Source of the DNA: Eledone cirrhosa
Lineage: Eukaryota
DNA: 64,000 nucleotides
Assembly: GCA_964016885.1 (NCBI GenBank)
Contig: OZ024765.1
Location: 3,038,001-3,102,000, forward strand
Direction of reading: 5' to 3'
Within the stretch, counting starts at the first letter, position 1, and each line of letters begins with the position of its first letter. Of this stretch, positions 1 to 13,600 are shown one piece after another. The notes below the pieces were generated by a model. The model did not search any database. It was not told the origin of the DNA and was given only the letters and a program-made list of their open reading frames with translations. A program made the position numbers and the translations under genes.

Positions 1-240
1 TCCCCGGGTGCCCTAGACATGTTGGGTGGTTCAGGAATTGTTGGGTACCTGAGTCCCCCCCTGGGTGGGTCACCCCCCTCCCCGCTATTGGGGAATTTAT
101 TTTGTTATTTTTATACATAGTTTATTTACTCAATCATATTGTAAAGCCACACTGTCCCTGTCTTTCTATTGTCCCCTACATGGCCCTTGTGGCCAATAAT
201 GAACTTAGAATGGCAAGGACCGTAACTCTATGCGTCAAAG

Positions 241-420
241 CAGGGTTGGACACCATGCTTTGAGGCATAGAGTTACGGCCCTTGCCATTCTGAGTTCAAA
301 TCCCGCCGAGGTTGACTTTGCCTTTCATCTTACGGGGTCGATAAAATAAAGTACCAGTAATACATTGGGATAATTGCTGGCCTTGTGCCAAAAGTAGAAA
401 CAATTATTATTATTATTGCT
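241..420 (+). mobile_element. tRNA-derived SINE (family A; many copies)
   Basis: B-box gagttcaaatccc, central gcctttcatc(c)ttacggggtcgataaaataaagtaccagt (resembles a Meta-type SINE domain), (TAT)n tail; other copies near 3845, 3990, 34905, 37585, 38115, 38810, 42845, 49935 (+) and 52680 (-). Confidence 0.75.
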
Positions 421-430
421 TTGTTTCCAG

Positions 431-541
431 ATTATTCTCAAGGGTTTGGTGGAAAGTTTGGGGTCCAGTCTGAAAGTATGGACAAATCTGCTGTTGGATG
501 GGATCATAAGGAGAATTTAGGCAAACATGAATCACAGCAAG
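431..541 (+). CDS. CTTN: Cortactin exon (cortactin/HS1 repeat), first exon in window; gene begins upstream
   Basis: ttccag|AT...CAAG|gttagt; 111 nt, phase 1-1; (D)[36 protein letters not shown] is a 37-aa cortactin repeat. Confidence 0.93.
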
Positions 542-564
542 GTTAGTAGCATATACTTCTCTAC

Positions 565-1170
565 ATTGTTGTAGTTGTAGGGTTGATGTGGTGCTGTTGT
601 AGTGTTGGTGTTGTGGTGCTGTTGTAGTGTTGGTGTTGTGGTGCTGTGTTGGTGTTGTGGTGCTGTTGTAGTGTTGGTGCTGTTGTAGTGTTGGTGCTGT
701 TGTAGTGTTGGTGTTGTGGTGTTGATGTTGTGGTGCTGTTGTAGTGTTGGTGTTGTGTTGGTGGTGGTGTTGGAGGTGGTAGTGTTGGTGTGGTGGTAGT
801 AGTGGTGTTATTGTTGTGGTGGTGTTGGTGTGGTGGTAGTGGTGGTGTTATTGTTGTGGTGGTGTTGTAGTGTTGGTGTGGTGGTGGTGTTTTGGTGGTG
901 GTGGTTGTGGTAGTGGTGTTGTTTTGGTGGTGGTGGTGGTTGCTGTTATGGTAGTTGTGGTGTTGTGTTTTGGTGGTGGTGGTGGTGGTTGCTGTGGTAG
1001 TTGTGGTAGTGTTGTGTTTTGGTGGTGGTGCTGTGGTGTTTTGGTGGAGGTGTTTTGGTGGTGGTGGTGGTGTTGTGGTGTTTTGGTGGTGGTGGTGGTG
1101 TTGTGGTAGTGGTGGTGTTGTGGTTGTTGCAGTGGTGGCGTTTGGGATACTGTTGTAGTGTTGGTGCTGG
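565..1170. repeat. GT-rich low-complexity (GGT/GTT)n
   Basis: Direct inspection. Confidence 0.9.
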
Positions 1171-1273
1171 GTGGTTTAGCAGCTGTTTTTATGACACCAA
1201 CACTACCACCTTATACTTTACTATGCCATGTATTAATCCAGTGGTCTCCCTCACTCCATCTTTCCTTCTCTAG

Positions 1274-1384
1274 ACTACAGTAAAGGGTTCGGTGGAAAGT
1301 ATGGTATCCAGAAAGACAGACAGGACAGTTCCGCAGTCGGCTGGGAATACGAAGGAAAAGTAAAAAAACACGAGTCTCAGACAG
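1274..1384 (+). CDS. CTTN: Cortactin exon (repeat)
   Basis: ttctctag|AC...ACAG|gtaggt; 111 nt, phase 1-1; [37 protein letters not shown]. Confidence 0.95.
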
Positions 1385-2084
1385 GTAGGTCATATTTGGA
1401 GTGTCTATTGATGTCATAACAAGGACCAGTCTTTGTTTGTTCTCTGTGTATGTCTGTGATCAGACATGTTTGTCATATTTGGAGTGTCTGGTGACGTCAT
1501 AACAAGCATCAGTCTGTGATCAGACATGTAGGTCATATTTGGAGTGTCTGGTGATGTCATAACAAGCATCAGTCTGTGATCAGACATGTAGGTCATATTT
1601 GGAGTGTCTGTTGACGTCATAACGAGCATCAGTCTGTGATCAGACATGTAGGTCATATTTGGAGTGTCGATGTCATAACAAGGATCAGTCTGTGATCAGA
1701 CATGTAGGTCATATTTGGAGTGTCTGTTGATGTCATAACAAGGACCAGTCTGTGATCAGACATGTAGGTCATATTTGGAGTGTCTGTTGATGTCATAACA
1801 AGGACCAGTCTGTGATCAGACATGTAGGTCATATTTGGAGTGTCTGTTGATGTCATAACAAGGATCAGTCTGTGATCAGACATGTAGGTCATATTTGGAG
1901 TGTCTGTTGATGTCATAAGGACCAGTCTGTGATCAGACATGTAGGTCATATTTGGAGTGTCTGTTGATGTCATAAGGACCAGTCTGTGATCAGACATGTA
2001 GGTCATATTTGGAGTGTCTGTTGATGTCATAACAAGGACCAGTCTGTGATCAGACATGTAGGTCATATTTGGAGTGTCTGGTGA
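1378..2084 (+). repeat. ~60-bp minisatellite seeded by the exon/donor junction
   Basis: Unit cagacatgtaggtcatatttggagtgtctg...agtctgtgat, ~11 copies; matches the exon end cagacag|gtaggtcatatttggagtgtct. Confidence 0.93.
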
Positions 2085-2527
2085 ACAAATGTCAGTCTTT
2101 ACTTTAGTTCTGTGTGTGTGATCCCTTACTAGCTATATACAGACCTTACTGCAACCATAGCTTAAGTTGTTTGCATATATATATATCTTTATGATAAAAT
2201 GCAAGTGTCAAGTGACAACAGCTTTGTTTTAGAGTTGTTTGGGAAATAGTAATTTGGTAGCTTCTCTCCCTCTCTCTTTCTGTCTATTTATTTACTTTGT
2301 TAGAAATATGGTAACAAAACAGTTAATAATTTTAGTAAATCTTTTCAAATTCTTCATTAATTAATTGAAATACATCGTATTTTATTAGAAATATGGTAAC
2401 AAAAGGGATAATGAATTTAGTAAATCCCTCGAAATTCTTTGTTAATTACCATATTTGCTGGACTATTGGACGCCCCTTTGTATAACCCCCCTGGTTTTAC
2501 ACGGACATATGAGTGATATATACAGTA

Positions 2528-2940
2528 TATCATCATCGATTAATGTCTATCTTCCAATCTAGTATGGGTTAGACGAGTTTGTCCCAATTAGAGGCAAGTT
2601 GGGTCGGGTGACTGTGTCTCACTGATATAGGAGAGTTTCTGGCTGGTTTTCTACGGCTGGATGCCCTTCCTAGTGCCAACCACATTGACAGTGTGGGCTG
2701 GGTGCTTTTTACTGTGTCTTTTACATGTCCACATTACAGTGCGGGATGGGTGCTTTTTGTCGTAACACCTACACAACCACTTTACAGTGTGGACTGGGTG
2801 CTTTTTGCCATGTCTTACACGACCACTTTAGTGTGGACTGGGTGTTTTGGGGGCAGGTTTTCTACAGCTGGATGCCCTTCCTAACGCCACCCACATTGAT
2901 AGTGTATGCTGGGTGTTTTCTGCCATGTCTTTTACAGGGT
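2528..2940 (-). mobile_element. SINE family B fragment(s) with RTE-like (ATG)n tail
   Basis: catcatc...ctagtatgggttagacg and ctggatgcccttcctaa motifs shared with copies near 23345, 49290, 50400 and 61150. Confidence 0.7.
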
Positions 2941-4535
2941 TATATATAACATGTAATATTGAATTTCTTTTTCTTCATGGGACTGTTTGTATGAGCAAAG
3001 TTCATAACTAGGATGTTCTTAATGTGGGGTGTTGCTGTATTTCATTAGAAATATGGTAATGAAAGGGTTAAGTCATTGTATAAAGAAACTGTAGATGTTT
3101 ATTTGTGTTTAAATATTTATTTTGTTAAATTCCTGCATTATAATTTTTTTGTTTTATATTTATATTTTTGTTGTTGAGCTCAAGACAGCATGTGTTAGTA
3201 ACATTGTAGAGACTAGTAGTGTTTAGTCTTGGTTAGTCTTACTAAACATATTTAATGGTGTGTTGAACTAAAACCTTGTAGAGTTTGGTTAGTCTTACTA
3301 AACATATTTAGTGCTGAGTTTTGTGTTGGACTAAATCCTTGTACAGTTTGAGGAAACTAGTGCTGAGGTGTGTTGACTAAAAACTAATGCTGGATTGTGT
3401 TTACTAATAATGTTGTTGGTTTTTGATGGCTACAACTGTTGTTGGTCTATGTTGACTAAAGCAGTTTAGTATTGGTTTATGTTGACTAAAAACTAATGTT
3501 GGACTGTGTTGACTAAATCTTTTGTTGGTCTATGTTGACTAAAACTGTCTAGTATTGGTCTATGTTATCTAAAACTATTTAGTGTTTGTCTGTTGAAAGA
3601 TTGCTTATGCTCTCTCCGATGATGCGTTTTTTGCTCAAAATATTGGGATCTTTGTCATGCCATGTTATAGGAACTTCTCCATATTTGGGGACTGCATGAT
3701 TTAGTTAGATGTTAGGTTTATTACAGAAGCAGTGCATGGTATTGTTTTAATTAATCTATGCATGCATATATGCACATGCATATATACATACATCTACACG
3801 TATAATAGCGTGCGTGTACACAAATACATATAGTAACATACAACATTAACTTTGCCTTTCATCCTTACGGGGTCGATAAAATAAAGTACCAGTCACGCAC
3901 TGGGGTCAATTTAATTGACTTTCCCCTCCCCAATAATGTTTAGCCTTGTCCCTATATAAGAAATCATTATTATTATTAGTAATCGGGTAGGGGATTGACA
4001 ATATCGGTGGAGGGTCTGACGCCATGATTTGAAGCATAGAGATACGCCCCTTTAAGGTCTGAGTTCAAATCCCGCCGAAGTTAACTTTGCCTTTCATCCT
4101 TACGGGGTCAATAAAATAAAGTACCAGTAATGCACTGGGGTAATTGCTGGCCTTGAGCCAAAAGTAGAAACAATTATTATTATTGGTAGAGCGTCGGGCA
4201 ATAACAAAGTACCAGTAATGTACTGGGGTTAATTGTGACCCTTGTGTCTGAATCGGAAACCATTATATGCGTGTGGCTTTTTTTATTTTTCCTCTCTCCT
4301 CTCTTGCTCCTGTTTTTGCTAACTAACACCTGTGTGTACCGTTTGTGGTGGCTTCAGTAGATAACTTTAAATTAACCCTGACACCAGATGAACTGGAGGC
4401 CCCCCTCCCCCCGTATTAGAGCATAGTGTGTTCTGCTGCTTGCGTTGTTTAGTGCGGCCCTCAGCGTCATCTGGTGTGTAGATGAGGAAACAGACGAAAC
4501 CTCAACCGTTGGATCTCGGCATCTGTATTTCACAG

Positions 4536-4646
4536 ATTATTCGAAAGGATTTGGTGGTAAATTTGGTGTCCAAAAAGATCGGCAGGACTCCTGCGCTGTC
4601 GGTTACGAATATGAAGAGAAATTGGCCAAACATCAGTCACAGACAG
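4536..4646 (+). CDS. CTTN: Cortactin exon (repeat)
   Basis: tttcacag|AT...ACAG|gtaacg; 111 nt, phase 1-1; [37 protein letters not shown]. Confidence 0.95.
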
Positions 4647-4676
4647 GTAACGTGAAATATGGCTGTATTAATTAAC

Positions 4677-7600
4677 AGGCAGGTAAGGTGTGTGGTAATT
4701 TAGACTGGTAAGGTGTGGTGGATTAGTCACAGGTAAGGTAAGGTGTGGTGGATTAGTCACAGGTAAGGTAAGGTGTGTGGTAATTTAGACAGGTAAGGTG
4801 TGGTGGATTAGTCACAGGTAAGGTAAGGTGTGTAGTAATTTAGACAGGTAAGGTGTGGTGGATTAGTCACAGGTAAGGTAAGGTGTGTAGTAATTTAGAC
4901 AGGTAAGGCGTGTGGTGGATTAGTCACAGGTAAGGTAAGGTGTGTAGTAATTTAGACAGGTAAGGTGTGGTGGATTAGCCACAGGTAAGGTAAGGTGTGT
5001 AGTAATTTAGACAGGTAAGGTGTGGTGGATTAGTCACAGGTAAGGTAAGGTGTGTAGTAATTTAGACAGGTAAGGTGTGGTGGATTAGTCACAGGTAAGG
5101 TAAGGTGTGTGGTAATTTAGACAGGTAAGGTAAGGTGGATTAGTCACAGGTAAGGTAAGGTGTGTAGTAATTTAGACAGGTAAGGTGTGGTGGATTAGTC
5201 ACAGGTAAGGTAAGGTGTGTGGTAATTTAGACAGGTAAGGTAAGGTGGATTAGTCACAGGTAAGGTAAGGTGTGTAGTAATTTAGACAGGTAAGGTGTGG
5301 TGGATTAGTCACAGGTAAGGTGTGGTGTGTAGTAATTTAGACAGGTAAGGTGTGGTGGATTAGTCACAGGTAAGGTAAGGTGTGTGGTAATTTAGACAGG
5401 TAAGGTGTGTGGTGGATTAGTCACAGGTAAGGTGTGGTGTGTAGTAATTTAGACAGGTAAGGTGTGGTGGATTAGTCACAGGTAAGGTAAGGTGTGTGGT
5501 AATTTAGACAGGTAAGGTGTGTGGTGGATTAGTCACAGGTAAGGTGTGTAGTAATTTAGACAGGTAAGGTGTGGTGGATTAGTCACAGGTAAGGTAAGGT
5601 GTGTAGTAATTTAGACAGGTAAGGTGTGTGGTGGATTAGTCACAGGTAAGGTGTGGTGTGTAGTAATTTAGACAGGTAAGGTGTGGTGGATTAGTCACAG
5701 GTAAGGTAAGGTGTGTGGTAATTTAGACAGGTAAGGTGTGTGGTGGATTAGTCACAGGTAAGGTAAGGTGTGTAGTAATTTAGACAGGTAAGGTGTGGTG
5801 GATTAGTCACAGGTAAGGTAAGGTGTGTGGTAATTTAGACAGGTAAGGTGTGTGGTGGATTAGCCACAGGTAAGGTAAGGTGTGTAGTAATTTAGACAGG
5901 TAAGGTGTGTGGTGGATTAGTCACAGGTAAGGTAAGGTGTGTGGTGGATTAGTCACAGGTAAGGTGTGTAGTAATTTAGACAGGTAAGGTGTGGTGGATT
6001 AGTCACAGGTAAGGTAAGGTGTGTAGTAATTTAGACAGGTAAGGTGTGTGGTGGATTAGTCACAGGTAAGGTAAGGTGTGTGGTAATTTAGACAGGTAAG
6101 GTGTGTGGTGGATTAGTCACAGGTAAGGTAAGGTGTGTAGTAATTTAGACAGGTAAGGTGTGGTGGATTAGTCACAGGTAAGGTAAGGTGTGTGGTAATT
6201 TAGACAGGTAAGGTGTGTGGTGGATTAGCCACAGGTAAGGTAAGGTGTGTAGTAATTTAGACAGGTAAGGTGTGTGGTGGATTAGTCACAGGTAAGGTAA
6301 GGTGTGTGGTAATTTAGACAGGTAAGGTGTGGTGGATTAGTCACAGGTAAGGTAAGGTGTGTGGTAATTTAGACAGGTAAGGTGTGTGGTGGATTAGTCA
6401 CAGGTAAGGTAAGGTGTGTAGTAATTTAGACAGGTAAGGTGTGTGGTGGATTAGTCACAGGTAAGGTAAGGTGTGTAGTAATTTAGACAGGTAAGGTGTG
6501 GTGGATTAGTCACAGGTAAGGTAAGGTGTGTGGTAATTTAGACAGGTAAGGTGTGTGGTGGATTAGTCACAGGTAAGGTAAGGTGTGTAGTAATTTAGAC
6601 AGGTAAGGTGTGTGGTGGATTAGTCACAGGTAAGGTAAGGTGTGTAGTAATTTAGACAGGTAAGGTGTGTGGTGGATTAGTCACAGGTAAGGTGTGTAGT
6701 AATTTAGACAGGTAAGGTGTGTGGTGGATTAGTCACAGGTAAGGTAAGGTGTGTAGTAATTTAGACAGGTAAGGTGTGGTGGATTAGTCACAGGTAAGGT
6801 GTGTAGTAATTTAGACAGGTAAGGTGTGTGGTGGATTAGTCACAGGTAAGGTAAGGTGTGTAGTAATTTAGACAGGTAAGGTGTGGTGGATTAGCCACAG
6901 GTAAGGTAAGGTGTGTAGTAATTTAGACAGGTAAGGTGTGGTGGATTAGTCACAGGTAAGGTGTGTAGTAATTTAGACAGGTAAGGTGTGTGGTGGATTA
7001 GTCACAGGTAAGGTAAGGTGTGTAGTAATTTAGACAGGTAAGGTGTGGTGGATTAGCCACAGGTAAGGTAAGGTGTGTAGTAATTTAGACAGGTAAGGTG
7101 TGGTGGATTAGTCACAGGTAAGGTAAGGTGTGTGGTGGATTAGTCACAGGTAAGGTAAGGTGTGTAGTAATTTAGACAGGTAAGGTGTGTGGTGGATTAG
7201 TCACAGGTAAGGTAAGGTGTGTGGTAATTTAGACAGGTAAGGTGTGTGGTGGATTAGCCACAGGTAAGGTAAGGTGTGTAGTAATTTAGACAGGTAAGGT
7301 GTGGTGGATTAGTCACAGGTAAGGTAAGGTGTGTGGTGGATTAGTCACAGGTAAGGTAAGGTGTGTAGTAATTTAGACAGGTAAGGTGTGTGGTGGATTA
7401 GTCACAGGTAAGGTGTGTAGTAATTTAGACAGGTAAGGTGTGTGGTGGATTAGTCACAGGTAAGGTAAGGTGTGTAGTAATTTAGACAGGTAAGGTGTGG
7501 TGGATTAGTCACAGGTAAGGTAAGGTGTGTGGTGGATTAGTCACAGGTAAGGTAAGGTGTGTAGTAATTTAGACAGGTAAGGTAAGGTGTGGTGGATTAG

Positions 7601-10600
7601 TCACAGGTAAGGTGTGTAGTAATTTAGACAGGTAAGGTGTGTGGTGGATTAGTCACAGGTAAGGTAAGGTGTGTAGTAATTTAGACAGGTAAGGTGTGTG
7701 GTGGATTAGTCACAGGTAAGGTAAGGTGTGTAGTAATTTAGACAGGTAAGGTGTGGTGGATTAGTCACAGGTAAGGTGTGTAGTAATTTAGACAGGTAAG
7801 GTGTGGTGGATTAGTCACAGGTAAGGTAAGGTGTGTAGTAATTTAGACAGGTAAGGTGTGGTGGATTAGTCACAGGTAAGGTAAGGTGTGTAGTAATTTA
7901 GACAGGTAAGGTGTGGTGGATTAGTCACAGGTAAGGTAAGGTGTGTAGTAATTTAGACAGGTAAGGTGTGGTGGATTAGTCACAGGTAAGGTAAGGTGTG
8001 TGGTAATTTAGACAGGTAAGGTGTGGTGGATTAGTCACAGGTAAGGTAAGGTGTGTAGTAATTTAGACAGGTAAGGTGTGTGGTGGATTAGTCACAGGTA
8101 AGGTGTGTAGTAATTTAGACAGGTAAGGTGTGTGGTGGATTAGTCACAGGTAAGGTAAGGTGTGTAGTAATTTAGACAGGTAAGGTGTGGTGGATTAGTC
8201 ACAGGTAAGGTAAGGTGTGTGGTGGATTAGTCACAGGTAAGGTAAGGTGTGTAGTAATTTAGACAGGTAAGGTGTGTGGTGGATTAGTCACAGGTAAGGT
8301 GTGTAGTAATTTAGACAGGTAAGGTGTGTGGTGGATTAGTCACAGGTAAGGTAAGGTGTGTAGTAATTTAGACAGGTAAGGTGTGGTGGATTAGTCACAG
8401 GTAAGGTAAGGTGTGTGGTGGATTAGTCACAGGTAAGGTAAGGTGTGTAGTAATTTAGACAGGTAAGGTAAGGTGTGGTGGATTAGTCACAGGTAAGGTG
8501 TGTAGTAATTTAGACAGGTAAGGTGTGTGGTGGATTAGTCACAGGTAAGGTAAGGTGTGTAGTAATTTAGACAGGTAAGGTGTGGTGGATTAGTCACAGG
8601 TAAGGTAAGGTGTGTAGTAATTTAGACAGGTAAGGTGTGGTGGATTAGTCACAGGTAAGGTAAGGTGTGTAGTAATTTAGACAGGTAAGGTGTGGTGGAT
8701 TAGTCACAGGTAAGGTGTGTAGTAATTTAGACAGGTAAGGTGTGTGGTGGATTAGTCACAGGTAAGGTAAGGTGTGTAGTAATTTAGACAGGTAAGGTGT
8801 GGTGGATTAGTCACAGGTAAGGTGTGTAGTAATTTAGACAGGTAAGGTGTGGTGGATTAGTCACAGGTAAGGTAAGGTGTGTAGTAATTTAGACAGGTAA
8901 GGTGTGTGGTGGATTAGTCACAGGTAAGGTAAGGTGTGTAGTAATTTAGACAGGTAAGGTGTGGTGGATTAGCCACAGGTAAGGTGTGTAGTAATTTAGA
9001 CAGGTAAGGTGTGTGGTGGATTAGTCACAGGTAAGGTAAGGTGTGTGGTGGATTAGTCACAGGTAAGGTAAGGTGTGTAGTAATTTAGACAGGTAAGGTG
9101 TGGTGGATTAGTCACAGGTAAGGTAAGGTGTGTAGTAATTTAGACAGGTAAGGTGTGTGGTGGATTAGTCACAGGTAAGGTAAGGTGTGTGGTGGATTAG
9201 TCACAGGTAAGGTAAGGTGTGTAGTAATTTAGACAGGTAAGGTGTGTGGTGGATTAGTCACAGGTAAGGTAAGGTGTGTAGTAATTTAGACAGGTAAGGT
9301 GTGGTGGATTAGTCACAGGTAAGGTAAGGTGTGTAGTAATTTAGACAGGTAAGGTGTGTGGTGGATTAGTCACAGGTAAGGTAAGGTGTGTAGTAATTTA
9401 GACAGGTAAGGTGTGTGGTGGATTAGTCACAGGTAAGGTGTGTAGTAATTTAGACAGGTAAGGTGTGTGGTGGATTAGTCACAGGTAAGGTAAGGTGTGT
9501 AGTAATTTAGACAGGTAAGGTGTGTGGTGGATTAGTCACAGGTAAGGTAAGGTGTGTAGTAATTTAGACAGGTAAGGTGTGTGGTGGATTAGTCACAGGT
9601 AAGGTAAGGTGTGTGGTGGATTAGTCACAGGTAAGGTAAGGTGTGTAGTAATTTAGACAGGTAAGGTGTGTGGTGGATTAGTCACAGGTAAGGTAAGGTG
9701 TGTAGTAATTTAGACAGGTAAGGTGTGTGGTGGATTAGTCACAGGTAAGGTAAGGTGTGTAGTAATTTAGACAGGTAAGGTGTGTGGTGGATTAGTCACA
9801 GGTAAGGTGTGTAGTAATTTAGACAGGTAAGGTGTGTGGTGGATTAGTCACAGGTAAGGTAAGGTGTGTAGTAATTTAGACAGGTAAGGTGTGTGGTGGA
9901 TTAGTCACAGGTAAGGTAAGGTGTGTAGTAATTTAGACAGGTAAGGTGTGTGGTGGATTAGTCACAGGTAAGGTAAGGTGTGTGGTGGATTAGTCACAGG
10001 TAAGGTAAGGTGTGTAGTAATTTAGACAGGTAAGGTGTGTGGTGGATTAGTCACAGGTAAGGTAAGGTGTGTAGTAATTTAGACAGGTAAGGTGTGGTGG
10101 ATTAGTCACAGGTAAGGTAAGGTGTGTAGTAATTTAGACAGGTAAGGTGTGTGGTGGATTAGTCACAGGTAAGGTAAGGTGTGTAGTAATTTAGACAGGT
10201 AAGGTGTGTGGTGGATTAGTCACAGGTAAGGTAAGGTGTGTAGTAATTTAGACAGGTAAGGTGTGGTGGATTAGTCACAGGTAAGGTAAGGTGTGTAGTA
10301 ATTTAGACAGGTAAGGTGTGTGGTGGATTAGTCACAGGTAAGGTAAGGTGTGTAGTAATTTAGACAGGTAAGGTGTGGTGGATTAGTCACAGGTAAGGTA
10401 AGGTGTGTAGTAATTTAGACAGGTAAGGTGTGTGGTGGATTAGTCACAGGTAAGGTAAGGTGTGTAGTAATTTAGACAGGTAAGGTGTGTGGTGGATTAG
10501 TCACAGGTAAGGTAAGGTGTGTAGTAATTTAGACAGGTAAGGTGTGTGGTGGATTAGTCACAGGTAAGGTGTGTAGTAATTTAGACAGGTAAGGTGTGGT

Positions 10601-13600
10601 GGATTAGTCACAGGTAAGGTGTGTAGTAATTTAGACAGGTAAGGTGTGTGGTGGATTAGTCACAGGTAAGGTAAGGTGTGTAGTAATTTAGACAGGTAAG
10701 GTGTGTGGTGGATTAGTCACAGGTAAGGTAAGGTGTGTAGTAATTTAGACAGGTAAGGTGTGTGGTGGATTAGTCACAGGTAAGGTAAGGTGTGTAGTAA
10801 TTTAGACAGGTAAGGTGTGTGGTGGATTAGTCACAGGTAAGGTAAGGTGTGTAGTAATTTAGACAGGTAAGGTGTGTGGTGGATTAGTCACAGGTAAGGT
10901 AAGGTGTGTGGTGGATTAGTCACAGGTAAGGTGTGTAGTAATTTAGACAGGTAAGGTGTGGTGGATTAGTCACAGGTAAGGTGTGTAGTAATTTAGACAG
11001 GTAAGGTGTGTGGTGGATTAGTCACAGGTAAGGTAAGGTGTGTAGTAATTTAGACAGGTAAGGTGTGTGGTGGATTAGTCACAGGTAAGGTAAGGTGTGT
11101 GGTGGATTAGTCACAGGTAAGGTGTGTAGTAATTTAGACAGGTAAGGTGTGGTGGATTAGTCACAGGTAAGGTGTGTAGTAATTTAGACAGGTAAGGTGT
11201 GTGGTGGATTAGTCACAGGTAAGGTAAGGTGTGTAGTAATTTAGACAGGTAAGGTGTGTGGTGGATTAGTCACAGGTAAGGTAAGGTGTGTGGTGGATTA
11301 GTCACAGGTAAGGTAAGGTGTGTAGTAATTTAGACAGGTAAGGTGTGGTGGATTAGTCACAGGTAAGGTGTGTAGTAATTTAGACAGGTAAGGTGTGTGG
11401 TGGATTAGTCACAGGTAAGGTAAGGTGTGTAGTAATTTAGACAGGTAAGGTGTGGTGGATTAGTCACAGGTAAGGTGTGTAGTAATTTAGACAGGTAAGG
11501 TGTGTGGTCGATTAGTCACAGGTAAGGTAAGGTGTGTAGTAATTTAGACAGGTAAGGTGTGTGGTGGATTAGTCACAGGTAAGGTAAGGTGTGTAGTAAT
11601 TTAGACAGGTAAGGTGTGGTGGATTAGTCACAGGTAAGGTAAGGTGTGTAGTAATTTAGACAGGTAAGGTGTGGTGGATTAGTCACAGGTAAGGTAAGGT
11701 GTGTGGTGGATTAGTCACAGGTAAGGTAAGGTGTGTAGTAATTTAGACAGGTAAGGTGTGTGGTGGATTAGTCACAGGTAAGGTAAGGTGTGTAGTAATT
11801 TAGACAGGTAAGGTGTGTGGTGGATTAGTCACAGGTAAGGTAAGGTGTGTAGTAATTTAGACAGGTAAGGTGTGTGGTGGATTAGTCACAGGTAAGGTAA
11901 GGTGTGTGGTGGATTAGTCACAGGTAAGGTGTGTAGTAATTTAGACAGGTAAGGTGTGGTGATTAGTCACAGGTAAGGTAAGGTGTGTGGTGGATTAGTC
12001 ACAGGTAAGGTGTGTAGTAATTTAGACAGGTAAGGTGTGGTGGATTAGTCACAGGTAAGGTAAGGTGTGTGGTGGATTAGTCACAGGTAAGGTGTGTAGT
12101 AATTTAGACAGGTAAGGTGTGGTGGATTAGTCACAGGTAAGGTAAGGTGTGTGGTGGATTAGTCACAGGTAAGGTGTGTAGTAATTTAGACAGGTAAGGT
12201 GTGGTGGATTAGTCACAGGTAAGGTGTGTAGTAATTTAGACAGGTAAGGTGTGTGGTGGATTAGTCACAGGTAAGGTAAGGTGTGTAGTAATTTAGACAG
12301 GTAAGGTGTGTGGTGGATTAGTCACAGGTAAGGTAAGGTGTGTGGTGGATTAGTCACAGGTAAGGTAAGGTGTGTAGTAATTTAGACAGGTAAGGTGTGT
12401 GGTGGATTAGTCACAGGTAAGGTAAGGTGTGTAGTAATTTAGACAGGTAAGGTGTGTGGTGGATTAGTCACAGGTAAGGTAAGGTGTGTAGTAATTTAGA
12501 CAGGTAAGGTGTGTGGTGGATTAGTCACAGGTAAGGTAAGGTGTGTAGTAATTTAGACAGGTAAGGTGTGTGGTGGATTAGTCACAGGTAAGGTAAGGTG
12601 TGTGGTAATTTAGACAGGTAAGGTGTGTGGTGGATTAGTCACAGGTAAGGTAAGGTGTGTAGTAATTTAGACAGGTAAGGTGTGTGGTGGATTAGTCACA
12701 GGTAAGGTAAGGTGTGTAGTAATTTAGACAGGTAAGGTGTGTGGTGGATTAGTCACAGGTAAGGTAAGGTGTGTAGTAATTTAGACAGGTAAGGTGTGTG
12801 GTGGATTAGTCACAGGTAAGGTAAGGTGTGTAGTAATTTAGACAGGTAAGGTGTGTGGTGGATTAGTCACAGGTAAGGTAAGGTGTGTGGTGGATTAGTC
12901 ACAGGTAAGGTGTGTAGTAATTTAGACAGGTAAGGTGTGTGGTGGATTAGTCACAGGTAAGGTGTGTAGTAATTTAGACAGGTAAGGTGTGTGGTGGATT
13001 AGTCACAGGTAAGGTAAGGTGTGTAGTAATTTAGACAGGTAAGGTGTGTGGTGGATTAGTCACAGGTAAGAGGTAAGGTAGGTGTGTGGTGGATTAGTCA
13101 CAGGTAAGGTAAGGTGTGTAGTAATTTAGACAGGTAAGGTGTGTGGTGGATTAGTCACAGGTAAGGTAAGGTGTGTAGTAATTTAGACAGGTAAGGTGTG
13201 TGGTGGATTAGTCACAGGTAAGGTAAGGTGTGTAGTAATTTAGACAGGTAAGGTGTGTGGTGGATTAGTCACAGGTAAGGTAAGGTGTGTAGTAATTTAG
13301 ACAGGTAAGGTGTGTGGTGGATTAGTCACAGGTAAGGTAAGGTGTGTAGTAATTTAGACAGGTAAGGTGTGTGGTGGATTAGTCACAGGTAAGGTAAGGT
13401 GTGTAGTAATTTAGACAGGTAAGGTGTGTGGTGGATTAGTCACAGGTAAGGTAAGGTGTGTAGTAATTTAGACAGGTAAGGTGTGTGGTGGATTAGTCAC
13501 AGGTAAGGTAAGGTGTGTAGTAATTAGACAGGTAAGGTGTGGTGGATTAGTCACAGGTAAGGTAAGGTGTGTAGTAATTTAGACAGGTAAGGTGTGTGGT

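Noticed and set aside
3590-3710. Possible intronic snoRNA
   Set aside because: No convincing C/D or H/ACA box pair with a terminal stem.
4445-4535. ORF extension upstream of the repeat exon (likewise 17020-17098 and 17479-17595)
   Set aside because: Intronic read-through outside clear AG/GT boundaries.
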